Below, in pieces: positions 5,299-14,985 of a stretch of 52,286 nt of DNA. Made by a program: the position numbers and the translations under genes. The notes beneath the pieces were generated by a model, which had not been told where the DNA came from, made no database searches, and saw only the letters and a program-made list of their open reading frames with translations. The stretch lies in IMG/VR virus record IMGVR_UViG_3300046000_009647, positions 1-52,286 of that record, one strand, 5' to 3'. The stretch is from a virus. Lineage: Duplodnaviria; Caudoviricetes. Position 1 is the stretch's first letter. Each line of letters begins with the position of its first letter.

Positions 5299-6135
5299 TT
5301 AAGAAGCTTGATGATCTGCTAATACTTTAGAAACATGAGCTACTACTTTATCCCAAGAAGCTATACCATCTTCATCCTCATAAATTACAGGATCAGGACG
5401 ACCTAATTTAATAAACGCTTCTACTCTTTCAACTGATGAAGCACTCTTATAATCAGAATTCCCACTTGGGTATGGTTTATAACTCGTATTAGTTCTACTA
5501 TATACTTCGTTAAAGTCTAATCCTAATTCTTCACATAAGATTTGGCCATCAACTAAAATATCATATTTCATTCCTTCAAGATATGGAGTGAAATATCCTA
5601 CTCTTTCAGCATCCCAGTTACCTGCTCTAAAAGCAGCATCATCAGCATCTCTGAATTCTTGTCTACAATCTGGATAAACTCCAAAATCTCCTGCATGAAT
5701 TCCTAAAGCAATATCGCAATTTTCTTTTGTTCTATTAGAAACAGATAAAGCTACTGCTTGTACTATTGAAGCAAACATTTTGTTACGATTAGGAACAACT
5801 GTCTCTTTTTGATTTGATTGCTCATAGTGACCTTCTGGTACTTCTTCACCTCCTGTTACTAAGGCTGAATCTAATAAATCAACTAATCCGTTTAATTGGA
5901 TTTGGCGGTAATTAATAGGTGTTGTCCATTTATCAGACCTTTTAGCGTACTCTACTCTAATATACTCTACTAGTGATTGAGCTCTCTCTAGCTCTACTCT
6001 GTGTTTTTGACCATAGTCAAATGAAATAGCAGTAACTGTGTCATACTCTTTTAGACATCTAAGTAGTAACGTACTGCTATCCATGCCTCCACTCAGTGAA
6101 AGGACTACATGTTTCTTATTTTTGCTCTCCTTCAT
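5299..6135 (-). CDS. queC: 7-cyano-7-deazaguanine (preQ0) synthase
   Basis: LSGGMDS PP-loop, FDYGQKH..E, VVPNRN, HAGD..YPDCR; alternative start at 6159. Confidence 0.95.
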   Translation of the reverse strand: MKESKNKKHVVLSLSGGMDSSTLLLRCLKEYDTVTAISFDYGQKHRVELERAQSLVEYIRVEYAKRSDKWTTPINYRQIQLNGLVDLLDSALVTGGEEVPEGHYEQSNQKETVVPNRNKMFASIVQAVALSVSNRTKENCDIALGIHAGDFGVYPDCRQEFRDADDAAFRAGNWDAERVGYFTPYLEGMKYDILVDGQILCEELGLDFNEVYSRTNTSYKPYPSGNSDYKSASSVERVEAFIKLGRPDPVIYEDEDGIASWDKVVAHVSKVLADHQAS

Positions 6136-6454
6136 AAATCTTTTTTCCAAAATATTCATCTAAAAATTCTCTACGATACAAATGTACTGTCCCTTTGTAA
6201 GCAGGATTTTCAATATGTCTTTCGTGGATAGTTTCTTTAAGCTTTACAGCAACATTATTTACTTCTGCTCCTAATTGTTTTCCTGCTGCTCTACCTAAAT
6301 AGTCATAAAGCGACATCATGTAAGGTTTTTGTTCCATAACTTTTTGTTCCATAACTGGTTCTGTGATTAAATTAATAATTTCTAATACGTTTTGTTTTGT
6401 AAAAATCGAACTTGGTGATGATTTGATCAATAATGATACTAATTTTTTGTCCAT
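6116..6454 (-). CDS. Hypothetical protein
   Basis: Open frame coupled to neighbours; SLYDYLGRAAG motif. Confidence 0.75.
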   Translation of the reverse strand: MDKKLVSLLIKSSPSSIFTKQNVLEIINLITEPVMEQKVMEQKPYMMSLYDYLGRAAGKQLGAEVNNVAVKLKETIHERHIENPAYKGTVHLYRREFLDEYFGKKIYEGEQK

Positions 6455-6591
6455 AACTTTAATTTATTTTTTATTGCAAATTTAATATATGAAAAATATC
6501 CTGCTACTCCAACAAAAAGTGCAGAAAGGTTAAAAATGTGGGGATGATTTTCCCCACAAGTTCCACAAATATGATTTATAACTTCGGTCAT
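6439..6591 (-). CDS. Small membrane protein with HxCGxCGExHP motif (50 aa)
   Basis: Hand-translated MTEVINHICGTCGENHPHIFNLSALFVGVAGYFSYIKFAIKNKLKLWTKN; ATGA overlap with the upstream ORF. Confidence 0.7.
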   Translation of the reverse strand: MTEVINHICGTCGENHPHIFNLSALFVGVAGYFSYIKFAIKNKLKLWTKN

Positions 6592-6728
6592 TTTTTTAAT
6601 TTTTCTAATTTCCAAGGATGGAAGGTTATATCAAGGGTTTCAGGACCAAACTCAGCCATTCTTTGATAGCTATACCCAAACCAACTAAGTGGTCGGTTTA
6701 CTAATTGTATTAAATAAAACTTTATCAT
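6588..6728 (-). CDS. Small hypothetical protein (46 aa)
   Basis: MIKFYLIQLVNRPLSWFGYSYQRMAEFGPETLDITFHPWKLEKLKK; ATGA overlaps at both ends. Confidence 0.65.
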   Translation of the reverse strand: MIKFYLIQLVNRPLSWFGYSYQRMAEFGPETLDITFHPWKLEKLKK

Positions 6729-7513
6729 TGATTACAAAATTCTTTAAATTTATTTATATTAAATATAATATCTTCTAATTTGGAATCCAAATTTTCTTCC
6801 ATAAATTCTTCAATCTTTTCTTTGGGTTTTTCTAATAAACCTGTTTCAGTATATCTTATACCTAAAGCACCACAAATAATTGGGTTTGAAGTATCAACTG
6901 AATTAACAACGGTAGGGATTGCGTCTCTATAAAATGTAAATTCTTGTGGAGTAGAAGCTCCTAATAAATGAATATAGTGATGATCCTTAATTACATTTTG
7001 GGATAATAAAAATTGTATAAGTAATACTCTCCCAACAGATTGATTAGCTAAAACATTTTCTGATCCTCCTAATTCTTGATAAACAATAGAGGAATGATTA
7101 AATGCAAAATGAGTATAACCTAAATCAACACATTGTTGGTATAATAAATGTATATCACTCACGGTTTTTCCTTGCAATACTACCATTAATTTAGTACGCA
7201 TCGGCATCTTATATTGTAACCAATGTTTAGCATTTTTAGCCGTGATTGTTGAATCATTCCACTCGTCAGGAACAATAAAAATATCAGGTTTAATTAAATC
7301 AATTTTTTCAAGTAAATCTTGAGTAGTATGAGTTACTCCCTCAAATAATCCATTATCACAGATTATGAATCTGTCTCTTTCTCGAGCATCTAAAAAATAT
7401 TGTCTGTAATCAGAGTATTTATCCAACAAGTGGGGTAAACAATAGTCAAAATTATTCCATTCATGGCTATATTCCATTAGGGTTAAGGGTAATTCGTGTG
7501 AAATTTTAATCAT
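6725..7513 (-). CDS. tRNA-guanine transglycosylase-like (TGT/DpdA superfamily) TIM-barrel protein
   Basis: DNGLFE (cf. DSGGF), IVPD, VVLQG, HLLG, SVDTS motifs in TGT order; near queC. Confidence 0.75.
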   Translation of the reverse strand: MIKISHELPLTLMEYSHEWNNFDYCLPHLLDKYSDYRQYFLDARERDRFIICDNGLFEGVTHTTQDLLEKIDLIKPDIFIVPDEWNDSTITAKNAKHWLQYKMPMRTKLMVVLQGKTVSDIHLLYQQCVDLGYTHFAFNHSSIVYQELGGSENVLANQSVGRVLLIQFLLSQNVIKDHHYIHLLGASTPQEFTFYRDAIPTVVNSVDTSNPIICGALGIRYTETGLLEKPKEKIEEFMEENLDSKLEDIIFNINKFKEFCNQ

Positions 7514-8021
7514 AACGTGATTGTAAATGTTTTAATGATTTTGGTAAATAAAATTTATTATAAGGGTATTTTTGTTGTAAGTGAATGTACAACTCTTCTA
7601 GTGTACCATCAAATTCTCCCATTAGAGTTTTTACTTCATCTTTAGTAATTTTGAAGTTTTTAGATAATTCAATAGCAATAGATTCTAATCTATTATCTTC
7701 TTCCTTGTAGTGATCTTCTAATAAACGTTTTCTACGTGAACGAAGTAATGAAGTTTCCTCTACATATCGTCCCATATCATCTAAACCAAATTTATTGTAA
7801 ATTTTATTCATTTCATGCTCACACCACATAGCTTGATAGTTGTAGTGAGAGTAATTAAAATCACCATTTTTAATCCGGTCTAATATAAAGGATTGTTTAG
7901 ATAAAGAAGGTTTTGGATCGTCATACATTCTCCACCACCTAAAAGCATTGTAATTTAATTTACGTAACTTTTTAAATTTTTTCTCTAATTGTTCTTGTGA
8001 GTAAGAAGGATTGTATATCAT
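7506..8021 (-). CDS. Hypothetical protein
   Basis: Open frame, first gene after the 8040-8070 promoter/hairpin. Confidence 0.8.
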   Translation of the reverse strand: MIYNPSYSQEQLEKKFKKLRKLNYNAFRWWRMYDDPKPSLSKQSFILDRIKNGDFNYSHYNYQAMWCEHEMNKIYNKFGLDDMGRYVEETSLLRSRRKRLLEDHYKEEDNRLESIAIELSKNFKITKDEVKTLMGEFDGTLEELYIHLQQKYPYNKFYLPKSLKHLQSRYD

Positions 8022-8051
8022 AACTTTTATTTTAATACTTAAATGTACGAA

Positions 8052-8068
8052 GGCTCCCTTAGGGAGCC
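8052..8068. promoter_or_regulatory. GGCTCCC-N3-GGGAGCC palindrome, copy 1 (terminator/operator within promoter)
   Basis: Between minus-strand TTTG and CGTACATTTA; second copy at 21806-21822. Confidence 0.6.
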
Positions 8069-8072
8069 AAAT

Positions 8073-8474
8073 TTATTTTATAAAGAGATACCCTGAGGTA
8101 ATTACTCCAACTAGTGTACCTAGTTTATATAAAAAGGTTTTTGTTCTTTGTTTTTTTATTTCATCTCGTAGATCACTAGTCATATGTTCGTACTGACCAA
8201 TTTGTAATTCTTGTTGACGAATGATGTATTGGTTATTCTCGTCTTTATCATTCAGTAACTCAATGATTGTATCCTTATGCTCATCTCTTTCTTCTAACTT
8301 ATTTACTACAGTTGATAGTAAATCATTTTCAGCTACACATCCATCATAACGTACTAATTCCTTAGCTGCTTGTCTGGCTACTTTACTCGGTAGGCAAACT
8401 GTCTTTGTATCTGCTTGTGAAAAACAGTTCAAGTTCACTATCAGAAAGCTTGTCAATATTATTAGCTTTTTCAT
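8073..8474 (-). CDS. Spanin-like protein (signal peptide, coiled coil, C-terminal TM)
   Basis: Overlaps the upstream coiled-coil gene by 92 nt in the lysis cassette. Confidence 0.55.
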   Translation of the reverse strand: MKKLIILTSFLIVNLNCFSQADTKTVCLPSKVARQAAKELVRYDGCVAENDLLSTVVNKLEERDEHKDTIIELLNDKDENNQYIIRQQELQIGQYEHMTSDLRDEIKKQRTKTFLYKLGTLVGVITSGYLFIK

Positions 8475-8736
8475 TTGTTTGTTTTTTTATGATTGTTACT
8501 GTTTTATTAATTTGGTGAATTTCATTTGTAATTGTAACTACTTTATGTGTTACTGAATCTATTTTAGTGTCTATTTCACGATTGACTACTAGGGCTGAGT
8601 CTATTTCAGTTTGGAGTGATTCAATCTTATCTATAAATCCTTTAACGTCTGTTCTAATACTATTTGTATTAAAAATGCTGTATCCTACTAGTACTAATAC
8701 TATGATTAGCAGTATGTTTTGTTTATTCTGTAACAT
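8383..8736 (-). CDS. i-spanin-like protein
   Basis: N-terminal TM plus coiled coil, after the holin. Confidence 0.6.
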   Translation of the reverse strand: MLQNKQNILLIIVLVLVGYSIFNTNSIRTDVKGFIDKIESLQTEIDSALVVNREIDTKIDSVTHKVVTITNEIHQINKTVTIIKKQTNEKANNIDKLSDSELELFFTSRYKDSLPTE

Positions 8737-9148
8737 CTCTTTGTCCTTTATGATTATCGAATTTATCTAATATTTGAGTAAGTAATTCATTTTTTACAAC
8801 ACCCACCATTGAAGCATTCTTTAATACTGAGATTAGTTGGAACACTAGGAAAGGTGCCATTATGGTTTCACTCAACCAAGCTGTTCCTGTAAATCCTTTT
8901 TCAATTGCTAATATGCAAGCAAGCATTATTACCCAGAATCCAAATGTTCTTAACACACTTAGGGCTTTATAAGTTTTAAATCCCTCTCTCTTTATTCCTG
9001 CCCATACACCAAAAAACCCATCAGCAAATACAACAACACTCACAGCAAGAAATTGCTCAGCATTATCTGAAGTTAGATTAAAAAAATAAGTGCCAATAAA
9101 GGCTAAGATTGTTGACATTGATAGTATAATTATTAATCCTGTTTTCAT
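8723..9148 (-). CDS. Holin (phage holin 4-like)
   Basis: Several TM helices, D..GVWA, ISVLKNA..G motifs; follows the endolysin. Confidence 0.75.
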   Translation of the reverse strand: MKTGLIIILSMSTILAFIGTYFFNLTSDNAEQFLAVSVVVFADGFFGVWAGIKREGFKTYKALSVLRTFGFWVIMLACILAIEKGFTGTAWLSETIMAPFLVFQLISVLKNASMVGVVKNELLTQILDKFDNHKGQRDVTE

Positions 9149-9153
9149 AATAA

Positions 9154-9762
9154 CTATTTTATGTATTCATAATACTTCTTAGTTCTAATAGCTCGATCTT
9201 CCAAACCATGAGTTCCACCATTTACTCTTCTAGTTAATGCAAGAATTGATGCATCATCAACTACTTTACATAAGTTCCACAGTTTATTATTATTAAAAAA
9301 GAATATTGCTGATTCAAAAGAATATAGTGTCGCTACTAGGTCTGGATTGGTTATTATTTCTGGTTTTTGTAGGTACTTGGAGAATGCTGTGTAATTATCT
9401 TTTCCTGTTAATTGAAGAGCTCCTCTTCCTCTAAACTTCCAACCATCACCAGATGCCTCATTACCATTACCCATTCTTGATGCATAAACCCTATTGGCAA
9501 TCTTTTGAGGGTTTTTAGCATATGATTCTTCTAGTGTGCCTGGAAAATACTTTGAGAAGGTTTTTTGTAAACCCTCTGCAGAATAGTTTAAATTCTCTGA
9601 GAGTATTGTAAATCCCCCAGTTTCGTGTGCTGTTTGACCGAAGAAGTGGGCAGCAGCTGTTGGAGTTAACCTAAAATACTCCATTGCCTTTTTCATTGTA
9701 GTTGGACCAAAATTACCGTCAGGAGTAGCTCCTATCTTTTGTTGTAAACTTTTTAAACTCAT
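9154..9762 (-). CDS. Endolysin, GH19 family with N-terminal PG-binding remnant
   Basis: DGNFGPTT, FFGQTAHETGGF..ENLNYS, DGWKFRGRGALQLTG..NY, VNGG..GLEDR. Confidence 0.93.
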   Translation of the reverse strand: MSLKSLQQKIGATPDGNFGPTTMKKAMEYFRLTPTAAAHFFGQTAHETGGFTILSENLNYSAEGLQKTFSKYFPGTLEESYAKNPQKIANRVYASRMGNGNEASGDGWKFRGRGALQLTGKDNYTAFSKYLQKPEIITNPDLVATLYSFESAIFFFNNNKLWNLCKVVDDASILALTRRVNGGTHGLEDRAIRTKKYYEYIK

Positions 9763-9763
9763 A

Positions 9764-9964
9764 TTATTCTTGATTTGTATCCTCTACAAAGAAACTTGTT
9801 ATTACTTTACCTAAAATACCACATATCATAGATGTAATTGCCAGAGCAGGTTCATCAATAAAAGCTGTGTACCCTGTAATTAGTGTTGAGATACTTAATA
9901 AGGCATTACCTATTTGTTTCCACAATTTAGGAGTAGGTGATTTAAGTCTGTTTAGTAGGTTCAT
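9764..9964 (-). CDS. Small two-TM holin/antiholin-like protein
   Basis: RLKSPTPKLWKQI plus two TM helices; start placed downstream of the ATATTTAT motif at 9990-9997. Confidence 0.65.
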   Translation of the reverse strand: MNLLNRLKSPTPKLWKQIGNALLSISTLITGYTAFIDEPALAITSMICGILGKVITSFFVEDTNQE

Positions 9965-9997
9965 GGTAGGTTTAAGTTTTAGGTTTACAATAAATAT

Positions 9998-10028
9998 AAA
10001 AAGCCCCAATGTTAATTGAGGCTCTTTT
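9998..10028 (-). terminator. Intrinsic terminator after nrdA
   Basis: AGCCTCAAT-TAAC-ATTGGGGCT-TTTT on the minus strand. Confidence 0.7.
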
Positions 10029-10046
10029 GTAAAATTGTATTAATTT

Positions 10047-11777
10047 TTAACCTTCACAGGAAATGCAAGCGCTTTCAGCTGTTCTATTTAAATTATCACC
10101 TCGCAATACTGATTCAGTACGTAAGTAATATAGAGTTTTAATTCCTAGTTTATGTGCTTCTTTATGTACTGCACTAATGAATTTAGGAGTATCATTTGGA
10201 TCAAAACATAAATTTAAAGACATTGCTTGATCTACATATTTTTGGCGAATTGCATTTTGTCTTACTAAATCCATTTGATTAATCTCTTTAAATGTTAAGA
10301 ATACTTCTTTTTCTTCTTGAGATAAAATGTAATCCGGTAATCCTAATACAGAGCCTTGATCTTTTAAGATTTGATCCCAAATACTATCAATATTAAACCC
10401 TTTAGATTCAAGTAATTGCTCTAATATTCGGTTTTTCTTAATGAATACACCTTTGGCTGTTTTTAAGTTGTAAACATTAGCTGGGATTGGTTCAACTGAT
10501 GGTGAAACACCACCTGAAATGTGAGCATTAGATACAGTTGGGGCAATTGCTAAATGATGTGTATGTCTTAATCCTGTTCCTTTACACCATTCTGGTTCTC
10601 CGTACAATTCTGCTTGTTCTTTAGAGGCTCTTAATGCTCCTTGCTCAATAAAATCAAACATCAATCTAGTGTAAGTGTCAGCTGGTATTCCTGTGAATGG
10701 TAAGTTTTTAGATTGTAAAAATGTATGCCATCCTAATACTCCTAAACCAATTGCTCTACCTTTAACAGCAGATCTTACAGTATTTTCAAAGAATTTAATG
10801 TTTTTAGCACGATCAATAAATTCTTGTAATGCACCTTCTAAAAACCATGTAGATAGTTCAGGTAAGTCCATTCCATTTTCAAATTTGTAATCTTTCCATT
10901 CATCCCATCTAGCAAGATTTAATGAAGATAAACAACAAATAAATGAGTGTAATTCATCTGTGTAAAGTGCAATTTCAGAACAAATGTTCGTCATTGTTAC
11001 TTTTAAATTATTGTTTTTGTATGGTTGAGGGTTAGCATTATTAACGTTATCTTCAAACATAATATAAGGTTCACCTGTCTCTAAACGTGTTTTAAGAATT
11101 TCACCCCATAATTTTAATGATTTTGGGTCTCTTTCTTCAAGTTTGTTCATAAAGACATCATCAATTACAACACATTGGTGTAAATTTAAACATTGTCTAT
11201 TAACATCACCTTTTGGTCGTCTAATTCCTAAGAATTCTTCAATATCTGGGTGATTAATTGATAAATTAACTGATGCTGCTCCTCTACGTACTGAACCTTG
11301 GTTTGTAGCTAGGATAGTTGAGTCAAACATTTTAGCCCAAGGTACAATACCTTCAGAAGTACCATTATCTTTAATCATTTTACCTCTACCTCTAATACGA
11401 GATAAACCAATACCAACTCCACCACCTTGTGAAGTTAATCTCATTAATTCTGAATTAGAGCCGGCAATTCCTTCAATTGAATCTTCTACATCAATACCAA
11501 AACATGAAATAGGCATACCTCTTTCTGTCCCCATATTTGATAATACAGGAGATGCTAAACATAACCAGTTTTTAACTAGGGCTTCATAAAAGAAAGGTTG
11601 TAAGTCTTTACGTTTTAATCTTCTTGCTGATGCTTTACTTACTCTTAAAAATGCTTTAAATGCATCTTCTTCAGGTAAAAGATATCCTTTAGAGATAATA
11701 TCTAATCCTATTTGATCCATCCAATTAGGGTAATTTTTGCCCTTAACCCAGTGGGTTGTGTCTACGTGTACGCTCAT
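10047..11777 (-). CDS. nrdA: Ribonucleotide reductase class Ia alpha subunit (no ATP cone)
   Basis: ISCF, GGGVG, TNICSEI, CCLSS, IAPTVS, TLYY, C-terminal CISCEG. Confidence 0.97.
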   Translation of the reverse strand: MSVHVDTTHWVKGKNYPNWMDQIGLDIISKGYLLPEEDAFKAFLRVSKASARRLKRKDLQPFFYEALVKNWLCLASPVLSNMGTERGMPISCFGIDVEDSIEGIAGSNSELMRLTSQGGGVGIGLSRIRGRGKMIKDNGTSEGIVPWAKMFDSTILATNQGSVRRGAASVNLSINHPDIEEFLGIRRPKGDVNRQCLNLHQCVVIDDVFMNKLEERDPKSLKLWGEILKTRLETGEPYIMFEDNVNNANPQPYKNNNLKVTMTNICSEIALYTDELHSFICCLSSLNLARWDEWKDYKFENGMDLPELSTWFLEGALQEFIDRAKNIKFFENTVRSAVKGRAIGLGVLGWHTFLQSKNLPFTGIPADTYTRLMFDFIEQGALRASKEQAELYGEPEWCKGTGLRHTHHLAIAPTVSNAHISGGVSPSVEPIPANVYNLKTAKGVFIKKNRILEQLLESKGFNIDSIWDQILKDQGSVLGLPDYILSQEEKEVFLTFKEINQMDLVRQNAIRQKYVDQAMSLNLCFDPNDTPKFISAVHKEAHKLGIKTLYYLRTESVLRGDNLNRTAESACISCEG

Positions 11778-11782
11778 GTTTA

Positions 11783-12505
11783 TTAATTAATTTTTCTTTT
11801 TCTATTGATTACTTTTTCATAAACCTTGCCATAATTTGGGTTAGATTCAAATTTAATTTCAAACCCTTCCCATTTAAAGGGTTTATTACATTTAGGATTT
11901 TTTAGTATTTTACCTTTATTTACCCAATTTCTTATAGTTAATTCATTCAGACCCCATTTTATTAAAGATTTAATGTTTTTAAATTCTAATTGATTATCTA
12001 AAGGATCTATAAGAATATATTTACCTTTACTTGTTCCAAAATTACCAGCTAATTCACCTGGCCTTTTAACACCATACATTGGATGATTAGGGCCTTCCAT
12101 AGGTTTAATAAACTTTAAATAGAATTCTTCATTAGATAAATTTTGAATATTTTTTATCATAGTTTTTCTCCTTTCTTCTATTATTTCAGGAGACCAATTT
12201 TTATTATTCAAACTTTCTTTAATTCTTTTAATTTTTAATTCCTCTACAGCTTGTTTTTTTGTTTTACTTACTCCACTCATTAATCTATAAGATATCCAAT
12301 TACTATTAGTAGGTTTCCACTTATATAATAGATAATGAGCAAACACATGTTGTTCATATGTAAGTAAGATTAAATTACTTTTATCATCACTTCCTTTATC
12401 AGATCTAGGAAGGATATGATGATTGTGATAAATTTCACCTTCTATTTTTAAATTCTCTTTACATCTATCTATATGAGTATTATATAAAGTTTCCCAGTTT
12501 ATCAT
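11783..12505 (-). CDS. HNH homing endonuclease between nrdB and nrdA
   Basis: HNHHILPRS..GSDD.SNLILLT..QH..AH; NHPMYG NUMOD3-like motif. Confidence 0.88.
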   Translation of the reverse strand: MINWETLYNTHIDRCKENLKIEGEIYHNHHILPRSDKGSDDKSNLILLTYEQHVFAHYLLYKWKPTNSNWISYRLMSGVSKTKKQAVEELKIKRIKESLNNKNWSPEIIEERRKTMIKNIQNLSNEEFYLKFIKPMEGPNHPMYGVKRPGELAGNFGTSKGKYILIDPLDNQLEFKNIKSLIKWGLNELTIRNWVNKGKILKNPKCNKPFKWEGFEIKFESNPNYGKVYEKVINRKRKIN

Positions 12506-12559
12506 AATATATTATTTGATAATAAATATCAAGACTTTTTTGAAAAACGTCATTTTGTT

Positions 12560-13510
12560 TTATAGATCTGACCAGTCGGCTACAGATTTAGCATAATCAG
12601 TTACACGGGAAGCAAAGAAATCAGTATGACTCTTTCCTGAAGTTAAGTGACCAAACCATTCCATTTGTTTAAGTTGGTTAGGATCTATATCGTTGTATAC
12701 AGAAGAGTATCCAAGTTCTATCATTTTTTCATTTGCTCTAGCTTTGATGAAGTTTTTCAATTGATCTACATTTAGACCTTCAACTGATCCCATTTCAAAT
12801 GCTTTGTCAATGAAATTAAATTCTAATTGAACTGATAAATGACATGCTTCTGTTATTTTGTTTCTTAGTTCGTCTGTGTTTAATTCAGGCTGTTCACTTA
12901 GTAATGTTCTAAATAACCAACAGCCCGCTTGTGAGTGAAGTGATTCATCTCTTACTGACCACTCTACAATTTGTCCTGTACCTTTCATTAAGTTTCTCAA
13001 CTGAAAAGACATTAAAATCGCGAATGAAGAGAATAGATTAACACCCTCCGTGAATGCAGAGAATATAGCCAAAGATTGCGCTCTTTCTTCGATAGTATCG
13101 TTAGGAATTGATAGTAAACGCTCAATTTTAGCTGATGAGGCTTCATCTTCTAAAAATGCTGCAAAATCTTCTAATCCTAATTCTTCATTTAAACGAGCAT
13201 AAGCATGAGCGTGAATTGCTTCAAATGAACCAAAAGTAGAAGTCATTGCTACTATTTCAGGTTTAGGAAACCATTTAGAAACATTTGAAGACCAATAATC
13301 GTTTACATGTACTTCAGTTTGAGCAAATCCTTTTAAAATATTACCTATTAGGTTTTTTTCGGATTCAGAAAGTTTTTGTTTCCAATCATTTAAATCAGAA
13401 GCTAATGGTACCTCATCTGCCAACCAGTGGACTCTTTGCTGGTTTAAATAATAATCAAATGCTTCTTGGTATTCAAAGGGTTTGTAATAGTGACGTGGTT
13501 CAGTTAACAT
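12560..13510 (-). CDS. nrdB: Ribonucleotide reductase class Ia beta subunit
   Basis: EAIHAHAY, EG..LFSSF, DESLH di-metal ligands; C-terminal DFF..RVTDY. Confidence 0.97.
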   Translation of the reverse strand: MLTEPRHYYKPFEYQEAFDYYLNQQRVHWLADEVPLASDLNDWKQKLSESEKNLIGNILKGFAQTEVHVNDYWSSNVSKWFPKPEIVAMTSTFGSFEAIHAHAYARLNEELGLEDFAAFLEDEASSAKIERLLSIPNDTIEERAQSLAIFSAFTEGVNLFSSFAILMSFQLRNLMKGTGQIVEWSVRDESLHSQAGCWLFRTLLSEQPELNTDELRNKITEACHLSVQLEFNFIDKAFEMGSVEGLNVDQLKNFIKARANEKMIELGYSSVYNDIDPNQLKQMEWFGHLTSGKSHTDFFASRVTDYAKSVADWSDL

Positions 13511-13546
13511 AATTTTTTTTAATTTTAAAAGACGTGGTTATAAATA

Positions 13547-14932
13547 TTATTCAGATTCATTACTTAAACTAAAGTTTTTGAATAAATCACTCATTGCATT
13601 CTTCTCAGTAGGTGAAATTCCTCCAAATTTAGATGCAGGTGCTTGTGGTTGGTTTTTGTAATCTTCAGTATCATCATACTCTCCTAATACTTCAATATGA
13701 CCACAAGAAGTATCAATATTGACATTGTAGGTCATACCATCAGGTCCGTAACGATTCTTTTGAATGTGCCATCTTCCTGTACCTTCTGTTTTGTCTTTCT
13801 TCAATCTTGATTGAGACATACCAAAATCTACAATAGCTTGTTTTTCATATGAACCTGCTGATTTATCACCTTCTACAATCTCATCTTTAGCACCTGCTCT
13901 ATTTACTTGTGAAACAGACCAAATAGGTAAATTTAATTCTTTGGCTAAACCTTTAGTTCCATAATGTAAATCATCAATTTCTTCCTTCTTTTCCTTACGG
14001 CGTGAAGGTGGTTTTAATAAATCAACATAATCAATTAAAATCAAATCAGGTGAAAAACCTAAATCCATTGTTTTCTGAATATGTGATTTAATTGTAGTTA
14101 ATGATGCTCCTTTAGCGGGGTATTCTTTGATGATAATATTATCGTCATATTCCTCTAACATTTCTTTAATTTTATCTTGGTAATTGTGAATATCACTTAC
14201 AGAGATACCTGTATAATAAGCATCGTACCTTTTACCAACATAATCTTCACCTAATTCTAGAGTGTAATGAATTACTTTGTAACCTAATGAACCAGCAAAT
14301 GCACCTAATGCTACTAAATCCCATGATTTACCACCACCAGGACCACCGTAAATTAAACCATAATCACCTCCACCTAAACCACCTTGCAGTAATGTATTTA
14401 AAACGGTCCAAGGTGTAGGTACTACTTTTCTACTTGATTCTCTATAACGAGATTCAATATCTTTTTTATACTCATGACCTAAATTTTTATCAGCACCTGC
14501 TTTTAAAGCATTATCAATTAAAATTCGAATATCATCGTAATGACCACTTTTTAGTAAGTCTACTGAATCGATTAGAGCATTTTTTAATAATTGATTTTTG
14601 CAGAAATTAGAGAATTCTTCTTCAACATACTCTTGATCATCATATTGGGTAGTATAAACTAGTTTTAACTGTTCTTTTACAGCTGTTTGTAAAATATCAT
14701 TGTCAATTTTTTTAATTTCAATCTTTAAAGTATCTAAAGTTGGAGTTGTATGATATTTGTCAAAATAATTTAAGGTTTCAGTTAAAACCCATTTATGACC
14801 AGGGTGTTCGAAATGGCTATCATCAATAATGTCTCTGACATTAAGTAGAAATGCTTTATTTTTAAGTAAAGAACTAATTACTTTTATTTGGAAAGTAGGA
14901 CCGTAATCCTTTAAGGACGAAAATGCAACCAT
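13547..14932 (-). CDS. Replicative DNA helicase (DnaB/T4 gp41-like)
   Basis: Walker A GGPGGGKS, TLEL, IDYVDL, SQVNR, KNRYG. Confidence 0.93.
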   Translation of the reverse strand: MVAFSSLKDYGPTFQIKVISSLLKNKAFLLNVRDIIDDSHFEHPGHKWVLTETLNYFDKYHTTPTLDTLKIEIKKIDNDILQTAVKEQLKLVYTTQYDDQEYVEEEFSNFCKNQLLKNALIDSVDLLKSGHYDDIRILIDNALKAGADKNLGHEYKKDIESRYRESSRKVVPTPWTVLNTLLQGGLGGGDYGLIYGGPGGGKSWDLVALGAFAGSLGYKVIHYTLELGEDYVGKRYDAYYTGISVSDIHNYQDKIKEMLEEYDDNIIIKEYPAKGASLTTIKSHIQKTMDLGFSPDLILIDYVDLLKPPSRRKEKKEEIDDLHYGTKGLAKELNLPIWSVSQVNRAGAKDEIVEGDKSAGSYEKQAIVDFGMSQSRLKKDKTEGTGRWHIQKNRYGPDGMTYNVNIDTSCGHIEVLGEYDDTEDYKNQPQAPASKFGGISPTEKNAMSDLFKNFSLSNESE

Positions 14933-14985
14933 TTATATAACTTTTATTTTGTGTGTTTGTAATTTGTAATATATGTAAAAGATGT

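Noticed and set aside
9965-10009. N-terminal extension of ORF 9764-10009
   Set aside because: It runs through the terminator and promoter motif; ATG 9964 fits better
10047-13510. Introns or inteins in nrdA/nrdB (also pol, helicase, MCP)
   Set aside because: Reading frames are continuous with all motifs present and no excess length; the endonucleases are intergenic
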